DNA of 61,625 bases from Armatimonas sp. Lineage in GTDB: Bacteria > Armatimonadota > Armatimonadia > Armatimonadales > Armatimonadaceae. The stretch is taken from positions 1 through 61,625 of the forward strand of contig NZ_JAYVPL010000091.1 in the NCBI RefSeq assembly GCF_043757465.1, read 5' to 3'. Made by a program: the position numbers and the translations under genes. The stretch's first letter is position 1. Every line of letters starts with the position of its first letter. Positions 1 through 9,347 of this stretch are shown here, piece after piece. Below the pieces are notes generated by a model, which was not told where the DNA came from, searched no databases, and saw nothing but the letters and a program-made list of their open reading frames with translations.

Positions 1-260
1 AGCCGAAGCTCAAAGGGAACCGGGCATCCTGAGAGATGCCCGGACGTTCCAAGCGGACGCGGAGCAAGCTCCGGGGAATGTACCCGTACGCTATTCAGGG
101 TTCCCCGCAAGAAATCCTGAGGACTCACCCCACGCCGAGCCGCTTCCCTACGAACCTGGGTCTCTATTTCGGGATCAAGAGTCAGTGACATAACGAAATT
201 ATACCGTCTCAGTTGCCCGAAAGCGCCGATAGAAGCTGGAAATTTTGTATAATTTGCATT

Positions 261-1160
261 ATGCAACGTGTGTCAAGCAGTGAGATCTCGGTAAATAGCC
301 ACGCGGATCAACCGATGGAAGCGAGTCGGCTCTTTTGCAACGTGCCCACGGAGATTGGGCCGCTTCAGAGCGCGTTCTCCACCCTTCAGCCCGGAAAGAT
401 TCCCTGGCTTGGCTGGCTGAAGGCACTGGTCATAGCAGCGACGTGTGGAGCGGGCGGCTGCGTCTTTGCCTATATGATTGTCTACTTCGACGGGCCAACC
501 TGGCTCTATCCCCTCTTTGCGATGCCCTGCTTTCTTGGAACCCTCTACCTCTTTGCTCCTGCCGCACGCATCACATATGTCGGGGAGAAAGGGATATTTA
601 TCTGGCAGCGAAAGCTCGGTAAAGAGTCTGAGCAAACCCTTCTCTTTACTTCTGAGATCAGGCTACATGTTCGGACAAGCCGCAACTTCAACCATGGTAT
701 CTACACGGGCACTGACTATGGCTTCGCTTTTCTGACGCCACTCCCTGAGGAGAAGCTCATCATTGATGGAATGTATTTTTCCTTGAAAGACAATATCCCC
801 TCTGGCAATGAGTTTCATTTTGGCAAGAGCGCAGAACGTGCCTATACCCAAGCCCTTCAAACGCCTCTGATGCGCGACCTTTGGGCAGGCAAGTCCAAAG
901 AGTTCCCCATCGAAAATGGCCCGCTTCTGACCCTCTCCAGCCGAGGAATCACCTTCACGCAGAAAGAAAAAACCGATGAGATTCCCCTGGCAGAACTTGC
1001 CTCGGTCTCCGTGAACGATGGCTATGTGACGATCTGGCGCAAGGGAGGGAAGGCGGGCTTTCTGGGCATTGGTCGGGATGGTGTCTACCGATTCGAGTAC
1101 GCCGCCTTTCCCAATGCCCAGCTCTTCTTTCGCGCTCTGGACACTATGCTCAGGCGGTGA
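261..1160 (+). CDS. Hypothetical membrane protein (start uncertain; ORF-track start at 213 is a TTG, first ATG at 261)
   Basis: Long ORF with codon usage like its neighbours. One predicted hydrophobic segment (LGWLKALVIAATCGAGGCVFAYMIVYF). AT-rich promoter-like stretch at 180-255 with TATAAT at 248-253. No recognisable family motif. Confidence 0.4.
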   Translation: MQRVSSSEISVNSHADQPMEASRLFCNVPTEIGPLQSAFSTLQPGKIPWLGWLKALVIAATCGAGGCVFAYMIVYFDGPTWLYPLFAMPCFLGTLYLFAPAARITYVGEKGIFIWQRKLGKESEQTLLFTSEIRLHVRTSRNFNHGIYTGTDYGFAFLTPLPEEKLIIDGMYFSLKDNIPSGNEFHFGKSAERAYTQALQTPLMRDLWAGKSKEFPIENGPLLTLSSRGITFTQKEKTDEIPLAELASVSVNDGYVTIWRKGGKAGFLGIGRDGVYRFEYAAFPNAQLFFRALDTMLRR

Positions 1161-2130
1161 GCGCGGTAAGAAGCGCGGCAACGGCGGCCTCAGGGGGGCC
1201 ATCCAGCGAGCAGCCTGATGCGAGCTTGTGGCCACCACCACCAAAGCTTGCGGCAACGGCGGCGACGTCCCAGGGTTCTTGGGCACGCAGGCTAACCCGT
1301 AGCTTGCCCGAGGGCATCTGGCGCAGGAACATTGCCACTTCCGCGCCACGGACGGCACGAAGCGCGGTGGCGATCCCATCCGTGTCTTTGTCGGTAGCGT
1401 CGAACTCGGTGAAGTCGGATTGAATCACCCAGGACCAGACCAGCTTGCCATCGGCGCTGCGGGCCATGCGGTCCATCGCGCGGCCTAAAAGTTTTTGCGC
1501 CCCGAAGCTGGCGTTCTCGTAGACACTCTCGTAGATCACGGTGGGCGAGGCTCCAGCGGCGATCAGTGCGCCACCGACAGCCATCGTGCGGGGCTTGGTG
1601 TTCGAGAATCTAAAGCTCCCCGTGTCCGTCAGCACGCCGCAGAGAAGGCACTGCGCAATCTCGGGGGTAAGCTCGACACCAAGCGCAAGCAAGAGATCGT
1701 AGACCAGCTCCGCCGTGGATGCCGACGTGGCATCGAGAAGGCGCACCTGCCCGAACTGTCCGCCGGTCACGTGGTGATCAATATCCATTACCAGCGGAGC
1801 GGAGAGCACCGTCTCTGCATTCTCGCCAAGCCGCTTCAGATCGCCCGCATCCAAGCCCACACCGAGGCCAAAGTCTCGGCGGTCTGTGTGGGTCTGTATT
1901 TTTTCGATGCCCGGCAGAAAGGCCAGTGTCTCTGGGACGCCATCCGCAGAGAGATAGGTAACTTCCTTGCCCAGCGCCTCCAGCCCCAGCCCGAAGCCCA
2001 GCATCGAGCCGATGGCATCCCCGTCGGGGTTTACATGGCAAGCCAGTACGATCCGCGTCGCGCTCCAGACAGCTTGCACCGCCTCATCGAGCCCTTCCCG
2101 ATCCAGCGGAGCATTGGGGTTGAGTGCCAT
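1150..2130 (-). CDS. nrnA: DHH-family phosphoesterase, NrnA-like bifunctional oligoribonuclease/pAp phosphatase
   Basis: DHH motif (VMDIDHH), GGGH motif near the C-terminus (ASFGGGGHKLASG, DHHA1-like), 326 aa. Sits directly after rbfA, as in many bacteria. Confidence 0.8.
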   Translation of the reverse strand: MALNPNAPLDREGLDEAVQAVWSATRIVLACHVNPDGDAIGSMLGFGLGLEALGKEVTYLSADGVPETLAFLPGIEKIQTHTDRRDFGLGVGLDAGDLKRLGENAETVLSAPLVMDIDHHVTGGQFGQVRLLDATSASTAELVYDLLLALGVELTPEIAQCLLCGVLTDTGSFRFSNTKPRTMAVGGALIAAGASPTVIYESVYENASFGAQKLLGRAMDRMARSADGKLVWSWVIQSDFTEFDATDKDTDGIATALRAVRGAEVAMFLRQMPSGKLRVSLRAQEPWDVAAVAASFGGGGHKLASGCSLDGPPEAAVAALLTALTA

Positions 2131-2550
2131 CTACTTTCCGGTTTCCTCGGCCATTTCCTCACGCACGGCGGCAAGCTCCTCTTCCGTAGCGGGGGGCATG
2201 CTCGCGGCGAACTGCTGCTCCTCGCGCAGGAGCTCAAACATTCGAACACCACGGTCAATGCCCTCATCAAAACGAAAAACCAGCATCGGCACCGTCCGCA
2301 GCTCCAGCAGGGAGCCCAGCCGCCCCCGGATAAAGCCTGCGCCACTGCGCAACGCCTTCATCGCGGCATGTTTCTCCTGCTCATCGCCCATCACGGAGAT
2401 GAATACTTTGGCAATGGAAAAGTCCTGCGCCACTTCCACATCGGTCACACTGACCAGGGCCACGCGGGGATCGCCCACGTCTTTACTCAAAATTTCGGCC
2501 AGGTCGCGCTTGATCATCTCAGCAACCCGTGCCTGTCGTAGTGTCGGCAT
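2131..2550 (-). CDS. rbfA: Ribosome-binding factor A
   Basis: 139 aa. The N-terminus RVAEMIKRDLAEIL...DPRV..VSVTDVEV..D.S.AKVFIS matches the conserved RbfA KH-like core. Its stop abuts the nrnA start. Confidence 0.85.
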   Translation of the reverse strand: MPTLRQARVAEMIKRDLAEILSKDVGDPRVALVSVTDVEVAQDFSIAKVFISVMGDEQEKHAAMKALRSGAGFIRGRLGSLLELRTVPMLVFRFDEGIDRGVRMFELLREEQQFAASMPPATEEELAAVREEMAEETGK

Positions 2551-2559
2551 AGTTTCTTT

Positions 2560-2856
2560 CTAAAGCATCTCGATACCGTAGTCGTCTAAAACCACATTGG
2601 CATCGTTATCCACGTAATCTATCACCTTTTGGAGTATTTGGTTGGCGAGAAGGGCACTATTGCTCACTACCGTAACACCAAGTGTGGCCCGTCGCCAAAT
2701 ATCCAGATCGTCCACTTCCGCGATAGACACATTGAATTTGTTTCGCACACGTGCCACCAGGCTCTTTATCGCCTGGCGTTTGTCTTTGAGAGAGTCGGCA
2801 TAGCCGAGGGAGAGGCAGAGAGTGAGAACACCGATATGCATGAGCAGAGCCCGCAC
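2560..2856 (-). CDS. DUF503 family protein (YlxP-like small protein of the infB-rbfA region)
   Basis: 98 aa, directly upstream of rbfA on the same strand. DUF503/YlxP-like sequence pattern (SLKDKRQ..KSL..R...KFNVSIAEVDD.D.W). Confidence 0.55.
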   Translation of the reverse strand: MRALLMHIGVLTLCLSLGYADSLKDKRQAIKSLVARVRNKFNVSIAEVDDLDIWRRATLGVTVVSNSALLANQILQKVIDYVDNDANVVLDDYGIEML

Positions 2857-2935
2857 AGCGCTTGGGGCGGACAGCCAAAATAAAATCCGGCCCCCTTGTT
2901 AGGAAGGTGCCGGATTGATTATATCGTCTAGGGCT

Positions 2936-5671
2936 CTACCCGCCGATCTTTTTCTTCTCGCCCTCTTTGGGCTTAACAGTCTCTTTGGGCTTCGTGCTGT
3001 CCTTGGGCTTCACAATTTCCTTGGGCTTGTCTTTGTCCGGGATACTGAACTCAGGCAGCTTGTCCTTGAGCTTGGACTGCATCTGCTTTTGGGTGTCTTC
3101 CCGCAGCTTTCGGGCTTCGTCTGAGTCTCGGACGATGCGCGGGGTGAGGAAGACGAGCAGCTCAGTCTTGCTCTTGGTGGTTGAGTTGGACTGGAAGAGC
3201 TTGCCCAGCACGGGAATATCGCCCAGCACCGGGAGTTTATTGACCGTGGCCGAGATGGAGTCCTTGATAATCCCTCCCAGCACAATCGTCTCACCGTCTT
3301 TGACACTGACCGTGGTCTGGGCCTCGCGCTGATTGATGATTGGAGCATTGAAGTCCGTGTAGCGCACAAAGTCGTTGGCGGTCTGGGTAACATCCATCGT
3401 GACATAGCCATTGGACGTAATACGGGGCGTGACCGTCAGAATGATTCCCACATCGAGAAACGAGTAGTTAAACGTCAGCACCCCATTGGCATTGGTCTGC
3501 TGACTGGTCACATACGGCAAGCTCTGGCTGATATTGATCTCCGCAGTGGAGTTGTTACTCGTGAAGATACGCGGTGAGGAGAGCACCTCGAAGCGTGCAT
3601 CGGTCTTGAGTGCCTGAAGGAACGCGCCGTACTGGCCTCCCGTGAGCGTGTAGCGCATGCCCTGAGGCTGGGTTGATGTGGTCTGACTGCCAAACTGAAC
3701 CGTCCCTGCGCCCTTGGTGTCTTTGGCTCCGAGCGCCCCCAGCACACTGCCGGTTCCCTGGGTGAAGTTCCACTCCACCCCCATTTTATTGGTGGCATCC
3801 AGGCTCGCCTCGACAATCAGTGTCTCGATCATCACCTGCTCGGGGATCTTATCAAGCTGCTCGACGATCTGCTGTAGCAGCGCACGGTTCTCGGGCGATG
3901 TCACGATAATGATGCTATTGGTGTTGATGTCCGGGATGACAGTCACCTGCCCCGTGAGATCGCGCAGGTTCACCACGCGGCCATTGGCATCGAGCCCACG
4001 GGTTCCCTGGCTCTGCTGCGACGAGCGAGTGGTACCTCCCTGGCCACCGCCGAAGCCGCCGAAGCCCCCCCCCCCAAAGCCACCGAAGCCGCCAAAGCCT
4101 TGCTGAACAGTGACATTGGTCGCTAGCTCACCCGCGTTCGCCGTCGGGTCCGCGAGCCCCACGGAGATCGGTGCATCTTGGCTCCGCCCCCCTAGCGATG
4201 CAGGGCTGTTGCTGCCGCCACCGCCGGTGTTGCGACTATTTGTGTTGTTTCGACTCGCTGCCCCGGTCTGTCCTGTCGTGGTGCGTCCTGTATTGCGAGA
4301 GTTTGAGCGGCTCCCAAAGCTCTGGCTCAGCACATCGGCCATCTGATCGGCGCGCGCATTCTCCAGAGTAATTACGAACGTACTGTTCTCAAACGTAATG
4401 GGCTTGTCCAGCTCTTTAACCACTTTACCGACAAGATCCAGGTTTTCCTGTGTGCCGGTAATAATCAGCGAGTTGGTTCGTCCCTCCGCCACGACATTAC
4501 CCTGTCCCGCTGCCGCGCCGCCACGCCCCCCGAAGCCCCCAAAGCCACCGCCGCCGCCGAAGCGCTGGTCAATGGTCTGCTGCGAACCCGTTGCGCCGCC
4601 CCGCCCGCGAGGGATATTGGCGATGAGTACGTTCTGTACAACGGTTACTAGATCGGATGCATTGGCGAACTGAAGCGGGAAGACCTGGGATTTTTGCGGC
4701 TGCTCAGTCTGCTTATCTATCTCCTCGATAAGATCCGCGACTTGACCTTGCTCCCGTGTGGGTGCGTTCACAATCACCGAGTTGGAGTAGTCATCGGCAG
4801 AGGCACGTACCACGGAGGCGCTAGCCCCACCCCGCCCGAAGCCACCGCCACCAAACAGGCTTGCTAAGCCCCCGCCGCCTTGGCCACCGCCACCAAACAT
4901 ACTGGAGAAGCCGCCGCCGCGCTGACCACCGCCGCCAAAGCCACCGCCACCACGCTGCGGGTCGGGATCAGGGCCTGCACTAGGGCCATTACCCCCGCCA
5001 CCAGGCGCAGTAGTCGGGGGAATCCCCCCGGTTGCGCCCGGGATACCACCGCCCAGAAGCCCTGCCAGAGGATTGTTCTGCTGCCCGGAACCCGCAAAGA
5101 CATCGTTGATCACGCGAGCCACTTGCGAGGCACTGGCGTACTTGAGCTGGTAGACCTTCGGAGCCGTACTGGTGGTGCTACCGCCGCCACGGCCAGAGAA
5201 CATACTGGGATCAAATCCCGTGGGAAAGCCGGTCCCACGCCCACTACTACCGCCACGACCGGACTGTGGGCGGGCCTTGATCATGAGAAAATTCCCGCTC
5301 TTCGTCATGTCAAAGTTCCGGAGCCCCAGCGCAGCATTGAGCTGTGCGAAAGCATCTTTGAGTGTTTGACTCGTCGGACTCTGAAGCGTGAGTACCCCCG
5401 TCAAGGTGGGGTCTTTCACGAAGGCGATCCCACTGGCCTCGCTAAAAACACTGAGCACAGCATCCACGCCTGCATTGCGGAAGTCTAGCTTCAGACGGGT
5501 CTTGGGATTGAGCTTGAACTGCTCCCACGCGGGCTTGGGGAAGTCCATTGCGCCCCCGCCCCCGAAATTGCCAAAGCCGCCCTGGTCGAACTGGGCGAGC
5601 GCGGCAGAAGGTGTGACAGTCACTGCCAGTAGCAGTAGCGGAAAGTGACGAAAGATTCTGTTTGTTTTCAT
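2936..5671 (-). CDS. gspD: Type II secretion / type IV pilus secretin (GspD/PilQ family), with Gly-rich linkers and a Lys/Pro-rich C-terminal tail
   Basis: 911 aa with an N-terminal signal peptide (MKTNRIFRHFPLLLLAVTVTPSAALA). The C-terminal secretin domain carries the canonical motifs (VLSSPRIFTSNNSTAEINISQ...LGGIIKD...NKLPVLGDIPVLGKLFQS...ELLVFLTPRIV). Several N-domains are separated by GGFGGFGGGG-type low-complexity linkers. Last gene of the gsp operon; its ATG overlaps the stop of the upstream gene (ATGA). Confidence 0.85.
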   Translation of the reverse strand: MKTNRIFRHFPLLLLAVTVTPSAALAQFDQGGFGNFGGGGAMDFPKPAWEQFKLNPKTRLKLDFRNAGVDAVLSVFSEASGIAFVKDPTLTGVLTLQSPTSQTLKDAFAQLNAALGLRNFDMTKSGNFLMIKARPQSGRGGSSGRGTGFPTGFDPSMFSGRGGGSTTSTAPKVYQLKYASASQVARVINDVFAGSGQQNNPLAGLLGGGIPGATGGIPPTTAPGGGGNGPSAGPDPDPQRGGGGFGGGGQRGGGFSSMFGGGGQGGGGLASLFGGGGFGRGGASASVVRASADDYSNSVIVNAPTREQGQVADLIEEIDKQTEQPQKSQVFPLQFANASDLVTVVQNVLIANIPRGRGGATGSQQTIDQRFGGGGGFGGFGGRGGAAAGQGNVVAEGRTNSLIITGTQENLDLVGKVVKELDKPITFENSTFVITLENARADQMADVLSQSFGSRSNSRNTGRTTTGQTGAASRNNTNSRNTGGGGSNSPASLGGRSQDAPISVGLADPTANAGELATNVTVQQGFGGFGGFGGGGFGGFGGGQGGTTRSSQQSQGTRGLDANGRVVNLRDLTGQVTVIPDINTNSIIIVTSPENRALLQQIVEQLDKIPEQVMIETLIVEASLDATNKMGVEWNFTQGTGSVLGALGAKDTKGAGTVQFGSQTTSTQPQGMRYTLTGGQYGAFLQALKTDARFEVLSSPRIFTSNNSTAEINISQSLPYVTSQQTNANGVLTFNYSFLDVGIILTVTPRITSNGYVTMDVTQTANDFVRYTDFNAPIINQREAQTTVSVKDGETIVLGGIIKDSISATVNKLPVLGDIPVLGKLFQSNSTTKSKTELLVFLTPRIVRDSDEARKLREDTQKQMQSKLKDKLPEFSIPDKDKPKEIVKPKDSTKPKETVKPKEGEKKKIGG

Positions 5672-6300
5672 GGTTGGCTCCGCGTAGATTGGGTTGGTGC
5701 CACTCCGGGTGGCAGGTTAATTGTCAGTGGACGATTTGACTGGGGATCGGCGGCGACACCTTGTCGCGGCACTCCAACACCGGGCACTGTCGGCCCGTTG
5801 GGTAATAAGACAGGCATTACACTGGACTGCGTTTCGGACGGTGGCTCCACGAAGACCATCTGGGCGCCATTGGCCAGCATGACTCCGCTCGCCGTCACCG
5901 AAAGAATCTGCTGCCCCATCCAGGTCTCGCCCGCTTTGACGCTCTTAGATTCCCCGGTAGCAGCGTTCTCCAGCAGGGCAAGCTTGACTCCATTATAGAC
6001 ATAAATCCCTGTGAGTGCCCATGTCGGTTTGGCAACAACAGATGCTCCGCCTCCAGGGGGCTGCGGCTTCGCCACCACAATTTTCGGGGTAAAGGAGTCG
6101 CGCAGGGGGCTGGTCAGGCGCACAAATGTCGCCGTCATGTCGGACTCAGGAAAGCCGGGCGGTGCCGTGATCTTCGCCTTCGGGGGGCTATGTGCAGTTC
6201 GCCGCTTACCGCCCTCAGAATCTCCTAAAAAGTAGAAGGCAACTCCTCCTACCACCGCCAGGAAGGCGAACCATCCAACGGGTTTACTGATCTTAGCCAT
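5668..6300 (-). CDS. GspC/GspN-like (PilP-like) inner-membrane secretin-interacting protein
   Basis: 210 aa. A single N-terminal TM segment (WFAFLAVVGGVAFYFL) is followed by a Pro-rich linker and a periplasmic beta-rich domain. It lies between the gspM-like gene and the secretin, as XpsN does in xps-type T2SS clusters. Assigned by position, size and topology, not by strong motif. Confidence 0.5.
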   Translation of the reverse strand: MAKISKPVGWFAFLAVVGGVAFYFLGDSEGGKRRTAHSPPKAKITAPPGFPESDMTATFVRLTSPLRDSFTPKIVVAKPQPPGGGASVVAKPTWALTGIYVYNGVKLALLENAATGESKSVKAGETWMGQQILSVTASGVMLANGAQMVFVEPPSETQSSVMPVLLPNGPTVPGVGVPRQGVAADPQSNRPLTINLPPGVAPTQSTRSQP

Positions 6301-6877
6301 GAGTAGCCCCCCCCTTCGTCTCTGTGTTTGTGGAGCTGGGCAACGCCGGGATAAAGGCCGAGAGCCCCAGGGTCGCGCTCACGGCATTGGAGCTGGCATC
6401 GCTGGACGCGAGCTGGAGCGAGCGCAGTGAGAGCTTACTGCCTGGTGCATCTAGAGTGGCTGCAAATGCATGAACCGCAGGATAGGGGCCGGAAACCTGG
6501 ACGCTGAAGGGCAGCTCAGTCAGCTCCGGCAGGTTCTGCAGGCGCTGGGGACGAAACGCGGAGAGCTTGAGCTTGTGGCCATTGGCCTCCTGTGTCAGAC
6601 GAGCCAGAACAGCAGCGGTGATCGTGTCTGGATCCCCTTGCCAGAGCCGCGCCGTCGCCAGTGCGTGTGCCTGCTGACCCTCACTCTGGGTCGTCTCGAT
6701 CTGAGCAAGAAGCTGCGTCCGTTTTTTGACGTTGACTTTTGCAATCCCATCCGTTGTGGGCTCCGGCACCAGGAGTATAAAGGCTAGTGAGCCCGCTAAG
6801 ATCACCAGAGCGGCTAGGATCACTGCACTAGGCCCTGCCTCTTGAGGATTCTTAAAGTTAAGAAGCGGATTTTTCAT
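6293..6877 (-). CDS. GspM/PilO-like bitopic inner-membrane assembly protein
   Basis: 194 aa. N-terminal TM segment (AVILAALVILAGSLAFILLV), then a region that looks coiled-coil followed by a periplasmic domain. Translationally coupled between the gspL-like and gspC-like genes. Confidence 0.5.
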   Translation of the reverse strand: MKNPLLNFKNPQEAGPSAVILAALVILAGSLAFILLVPEPTTDGIAKVNVKKRTQLLAQIETTQSEGQQAHALATARLWQGDPDTITAAVLARLTQEANGHKLKLSAFRPQRLQNLPELTELPFSVQVSGPYPAVHAFAATLDAPGSKLSLRSLQLASSDASSNAVSATLGLSAFIPALPSSTNTETKGGATHG

Positions 6878-8136
6878 TGACTACCCCCTACGCTCGCAAC
6901 TTTCGGAGCGATCCTACTTCGGGTCGCCTTCTTCCCCGTTTTCTCAGGCGCGGGCATGGGCAAGTTCCCCACAGCAGTCGCGGCAACATTGAACTGCACG
7001 ATTGGAGTCTCCTCAATCTTCCCGCCGTTGGCAAAGACCAGCTTCACGTCCCGGAACCTAGGGCTGACACTGAGGCTATTCACGAGCTGAGCCACCTGCT
7101 GCCCTGTCTTGGCGGTTCCTCGGAGCTGGAGCGGCTTGCCCCGCTCCGTGTTCATTCCAATCAACCAGACCCCCTCAGGAAGCGTGTTGCTGGCGGCCTT
7201 GATAATATCACTGAGCGGCTGCGCGGGCATAAAGGCACGGTTCAGGCTCTCGCGTACGAGTAGCGCACGGCCCGCCTTCGCCTGTTCCGCATCGCGGATC
7301 GCCGTGAGTTTCTTAAGTTTCCCGTCCCAGCTCGCTTTCGATTTATCAACCGTAGCCTGTGCTTCCGTCCGAGTGACCCAGATATAACCAGCCAGCAGAA
7401 ACGACGAAACCAGCAATAAGAGCGACAGTCGGCTCTTATCTCCCAGGCGCTTCTTGCTCTCTTTGGCACGATCCTCGTTCAGAGCGAAGGAGAACTCAGG
7501 CGCGAAGTGCAGCGCCTCAAGAGTTCGTCCACGAACGGCATCCAGTGGTCCAGCCCCGGCCGCCATGAGAGTGCGCTGCGCTTCCATCCCGAGATTGGCG
7601 TCCTCGGGCGCCATACGGCTGAAGCGCACGATACCCCCTTGAACCACATCCAGGTTGATTCCGGTGGGGAGCTTATCCACCACCAGCGCATCGGGGCGCG
7701 CGGCAATCGCGGGTGCAGCCAGAGCAACCGGAAAGATCCGTGTTGCCTTCAAACCGGCCTGAGCCAGCTCCATGCGCAACTGGACGAGATCCTGGGCGCG
7801 CATGGCGGCCACCAGCGTGAGCCACCCCTCCGCATTCTGATCCTCTGTCTGGATGGCATCAAACGCCAAATCGCTGGCAGGCACGGGGAAAAGTTGCCCC
7901 AGCCGCAGGTTGAGCAGTCGGCGCAGCTCCTCCGGAGTTGCCTTGGGCAGACGGAGGGTCTTGAGGAACACGCAGCTTCGGCTGACACCCACCAGCGCCT
8001 CTTTATGTCCTCGGATAAAGCGTCCCAGCTCCGAGATATCCGCGCCCCGTGCGCGCCGATTATCGGCGCGATCCATCGCCAGCACCGTGCCTGGAGCCCA
8101 CTCAAGGTGGAGGGTTGGCAGCGTTCTCCCTTTCAT
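6874..8136 (-). CDS. GspL-like assembly protein (PilM-like cytoplasmic actin-fold domain fused to a PilN-like TM/periplasmic domain)
   Basis: About 420 aa with a central TM segment (LSLLLLVSSFLLAGYIWV). The cytoplasmic N-half plus periplasmic C-half arrangement is typical of GspL and of PilM-PilN fusions. Start re-assigned to the ATG at 8136 (MKGRTLP), which overlaps the gspK stop as ATGA. Confidence 0.55.
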   Translation of the reverse strand: MKGRTLPTLHLEWAPGTVLAMDRADNRRARGADISELGRFIRGHKEALVGVSRSCVFLKTLRLPKATPEELRRLLNLRLGQLFPVPASDLAFDAIQTEDQNAEGWLTLVAAMRAQDLVQLRMELAQAGLKATRIFPVALAAPAIAARPDALVVDKLPTGINLDVVQGGIVRFSRMAPEDANLGMEAQRTLMAAGAGPLDAVRGRTLEALHFAPEFSFALNEDRAKESKKRLGDKSRLSLLLLVSSFLLAGYIWVTRTEAQATVDKSKASWDGKLKKLTAIRDAEQAKAGRALLVRESLNRAFMPAQPLSDIIKAASNTLPEGVWLIGMNTERGKPLQLRGTAKTGQQVAQLVNSLSVSPRFRDVKLVFANGGKIEETPIVQFNVAATAVGNLPMPAPEKTGKKATRSRIAPKVASVGGSQ

Positions 8137-9347
8137 AATGTCCCCTCCCAGCGCCACCACGCTGGTATTGTTGTTGAATTGATGCGCTCAAGTTTGAGCA
8201 CCTGCGGTTTACTATTGCGAATCCCCACCAGCGCCTCCAGTGCGACTCCCGCCCCCCCACTCTCGCCCCAAGCCCGCACGATAAACGTATCGCTCCCCAC
8301 ACACACCGCATCGGCGACCTGGCCCAGCAGAGCACCTGTCAGTGCGGGAATGCTGGTCAGCTCGCCCAGGGAGGCGAAGCCCGTGCTCTGGCGCGTGACA
8401 ATTGCACTGGTAATATCGGAAGTCATCCCGGGCAGGCTGAGGAGTACCGCTTCGGGTGCCGTGTTGATATTCACCTTGCCCGTGAGGCGTGTCTGGGTGG
8501 AGAAGCTCGCCGTATCGAGAACTTGTTGCGCGGCTTGTGGTGCGACCCCATTGCGGCCCAGTAGGTTAGCAAACGATGTGAACGGTCCCTGGGTCACAAG
8601 CTGTACCGGTAGCCCGAGCTGGAGCATTGTCAGGGGGCTCAGGTTCTGCTGGTTCAAGTTGGTACGGGCGCCCCCACTGGCCGTGGTGTTGGGCGACCCA
8701 CTGGAGACAGTCAGCACACTGATCAGTGCCAGCGTCTCCCCCACCTCGTCTTCCAGAAGGTTAGTAGCGGTAATCTCCTCGGCCTCAGGGGTATAAAGAG
8801 TACGCGCCGTCCAGCCTTTCACTAAGGCCAGCTCCGTGAGCGTTGTGAAATTGGCGAGCTTGGTGTTGTAGGGAGTCAGCAGCTCATTGTAGAACTGATC
8901 CTTGGCCCCCTCAGTGCGCGCTTGCTGACCGGCCTCGCGCCAGTCAAGAACACTGGCGACCTGCTCACTGGTAAGGGGTAGAGTCTGGAGCTGCGTCTCC
9001 GTAAGAGTATTGATGTTGAGCCGACTGCCCGCATCCAGAATCTGGACTCGGTAGGTTGCCCCGCTAGTTAGCTCCGTCGCCGTCGTGCCATTTCCACCGA
9101 CGAGTGCCCAGTCGTCGTCTAGCTTCACCAGATTCGTCGTGACTTCTTGCAAGCCCGAGAGCGCGATTGCGAGCCCAGAGCGAGCGGCTGCCTCCGCACG
9201 ACGCTCGCGCAGAGTGTTCATCGTGGTATTGAGGTAGGTGTTCTGGTTCGCGGCAAAAGTGGCTAAGAGAGCGAGTAAGCCGGCCAGGATCACGAGGGTC
9301 AGCACCATCACCCCACCGCGCTGCGCTCGCTTCTTTCCTCGTCTCAT
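8133..9347 (-). CDS. GspK-like minor pseudopilin
   Basis: 404 aa. Prepilin-like hydrophobic N-terminus (GGVMVLTLVILAGLLALLATFA) that lacks Glu at +5, a hallmark of GspK. The large periplasmic domain fits the size expected of GspK. Coupled to gspJ (ATGA overlap). Confidence 0.55.
   Translation of the reverse strand: MRRGKKRAQRGGVMVLTLVILAGLLALLATFAANQNTYLNTTMNTLRERRAEAAARSGLAIALSGLQEVTTNLVKLDDDWALVGGNGTTATELTSGATYRVQILDAGSRLNINTLTETQLQTLPLTSEQVASVLDWREAGQQARTEGAKDQFYNELLTPYNTKLANFTTLTELALVKGWTARTLYTPEAEEITATNLLEDEVGETLALISVLTVSSGSPNTTASGGARTNLNQQNLSPLTMLQLGLPVQLVTQGPFTSFANLLGRNGVAPQAAQQVLDTASFSTQTRLTGKVNINTAPEAVLLSLPGMTSDITSAIVTRQSTGFASLGELTSIPALTGALLGQVADAVCVGSDTFIVRAWGESGGAGVALEALVGIRNSKPQVLKLERINSTTIPAWWRWEGTL

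Noticed and set aside
1495-2541. 348 aa plus-strand ORF
   Set aside because: Lies entirely antisense to nrnA and rbfA, which have clear family motifs. Arg/Gly/His-rich, typical of a high-GC antisense frame.
7507-8796. 429 aa plus-strand ORF
   Set aside because: Antisense to the gspL-like and gspK-like genes inside a tightly coupled operon. No motifs; Arg/Ser/Pro-rich composition.
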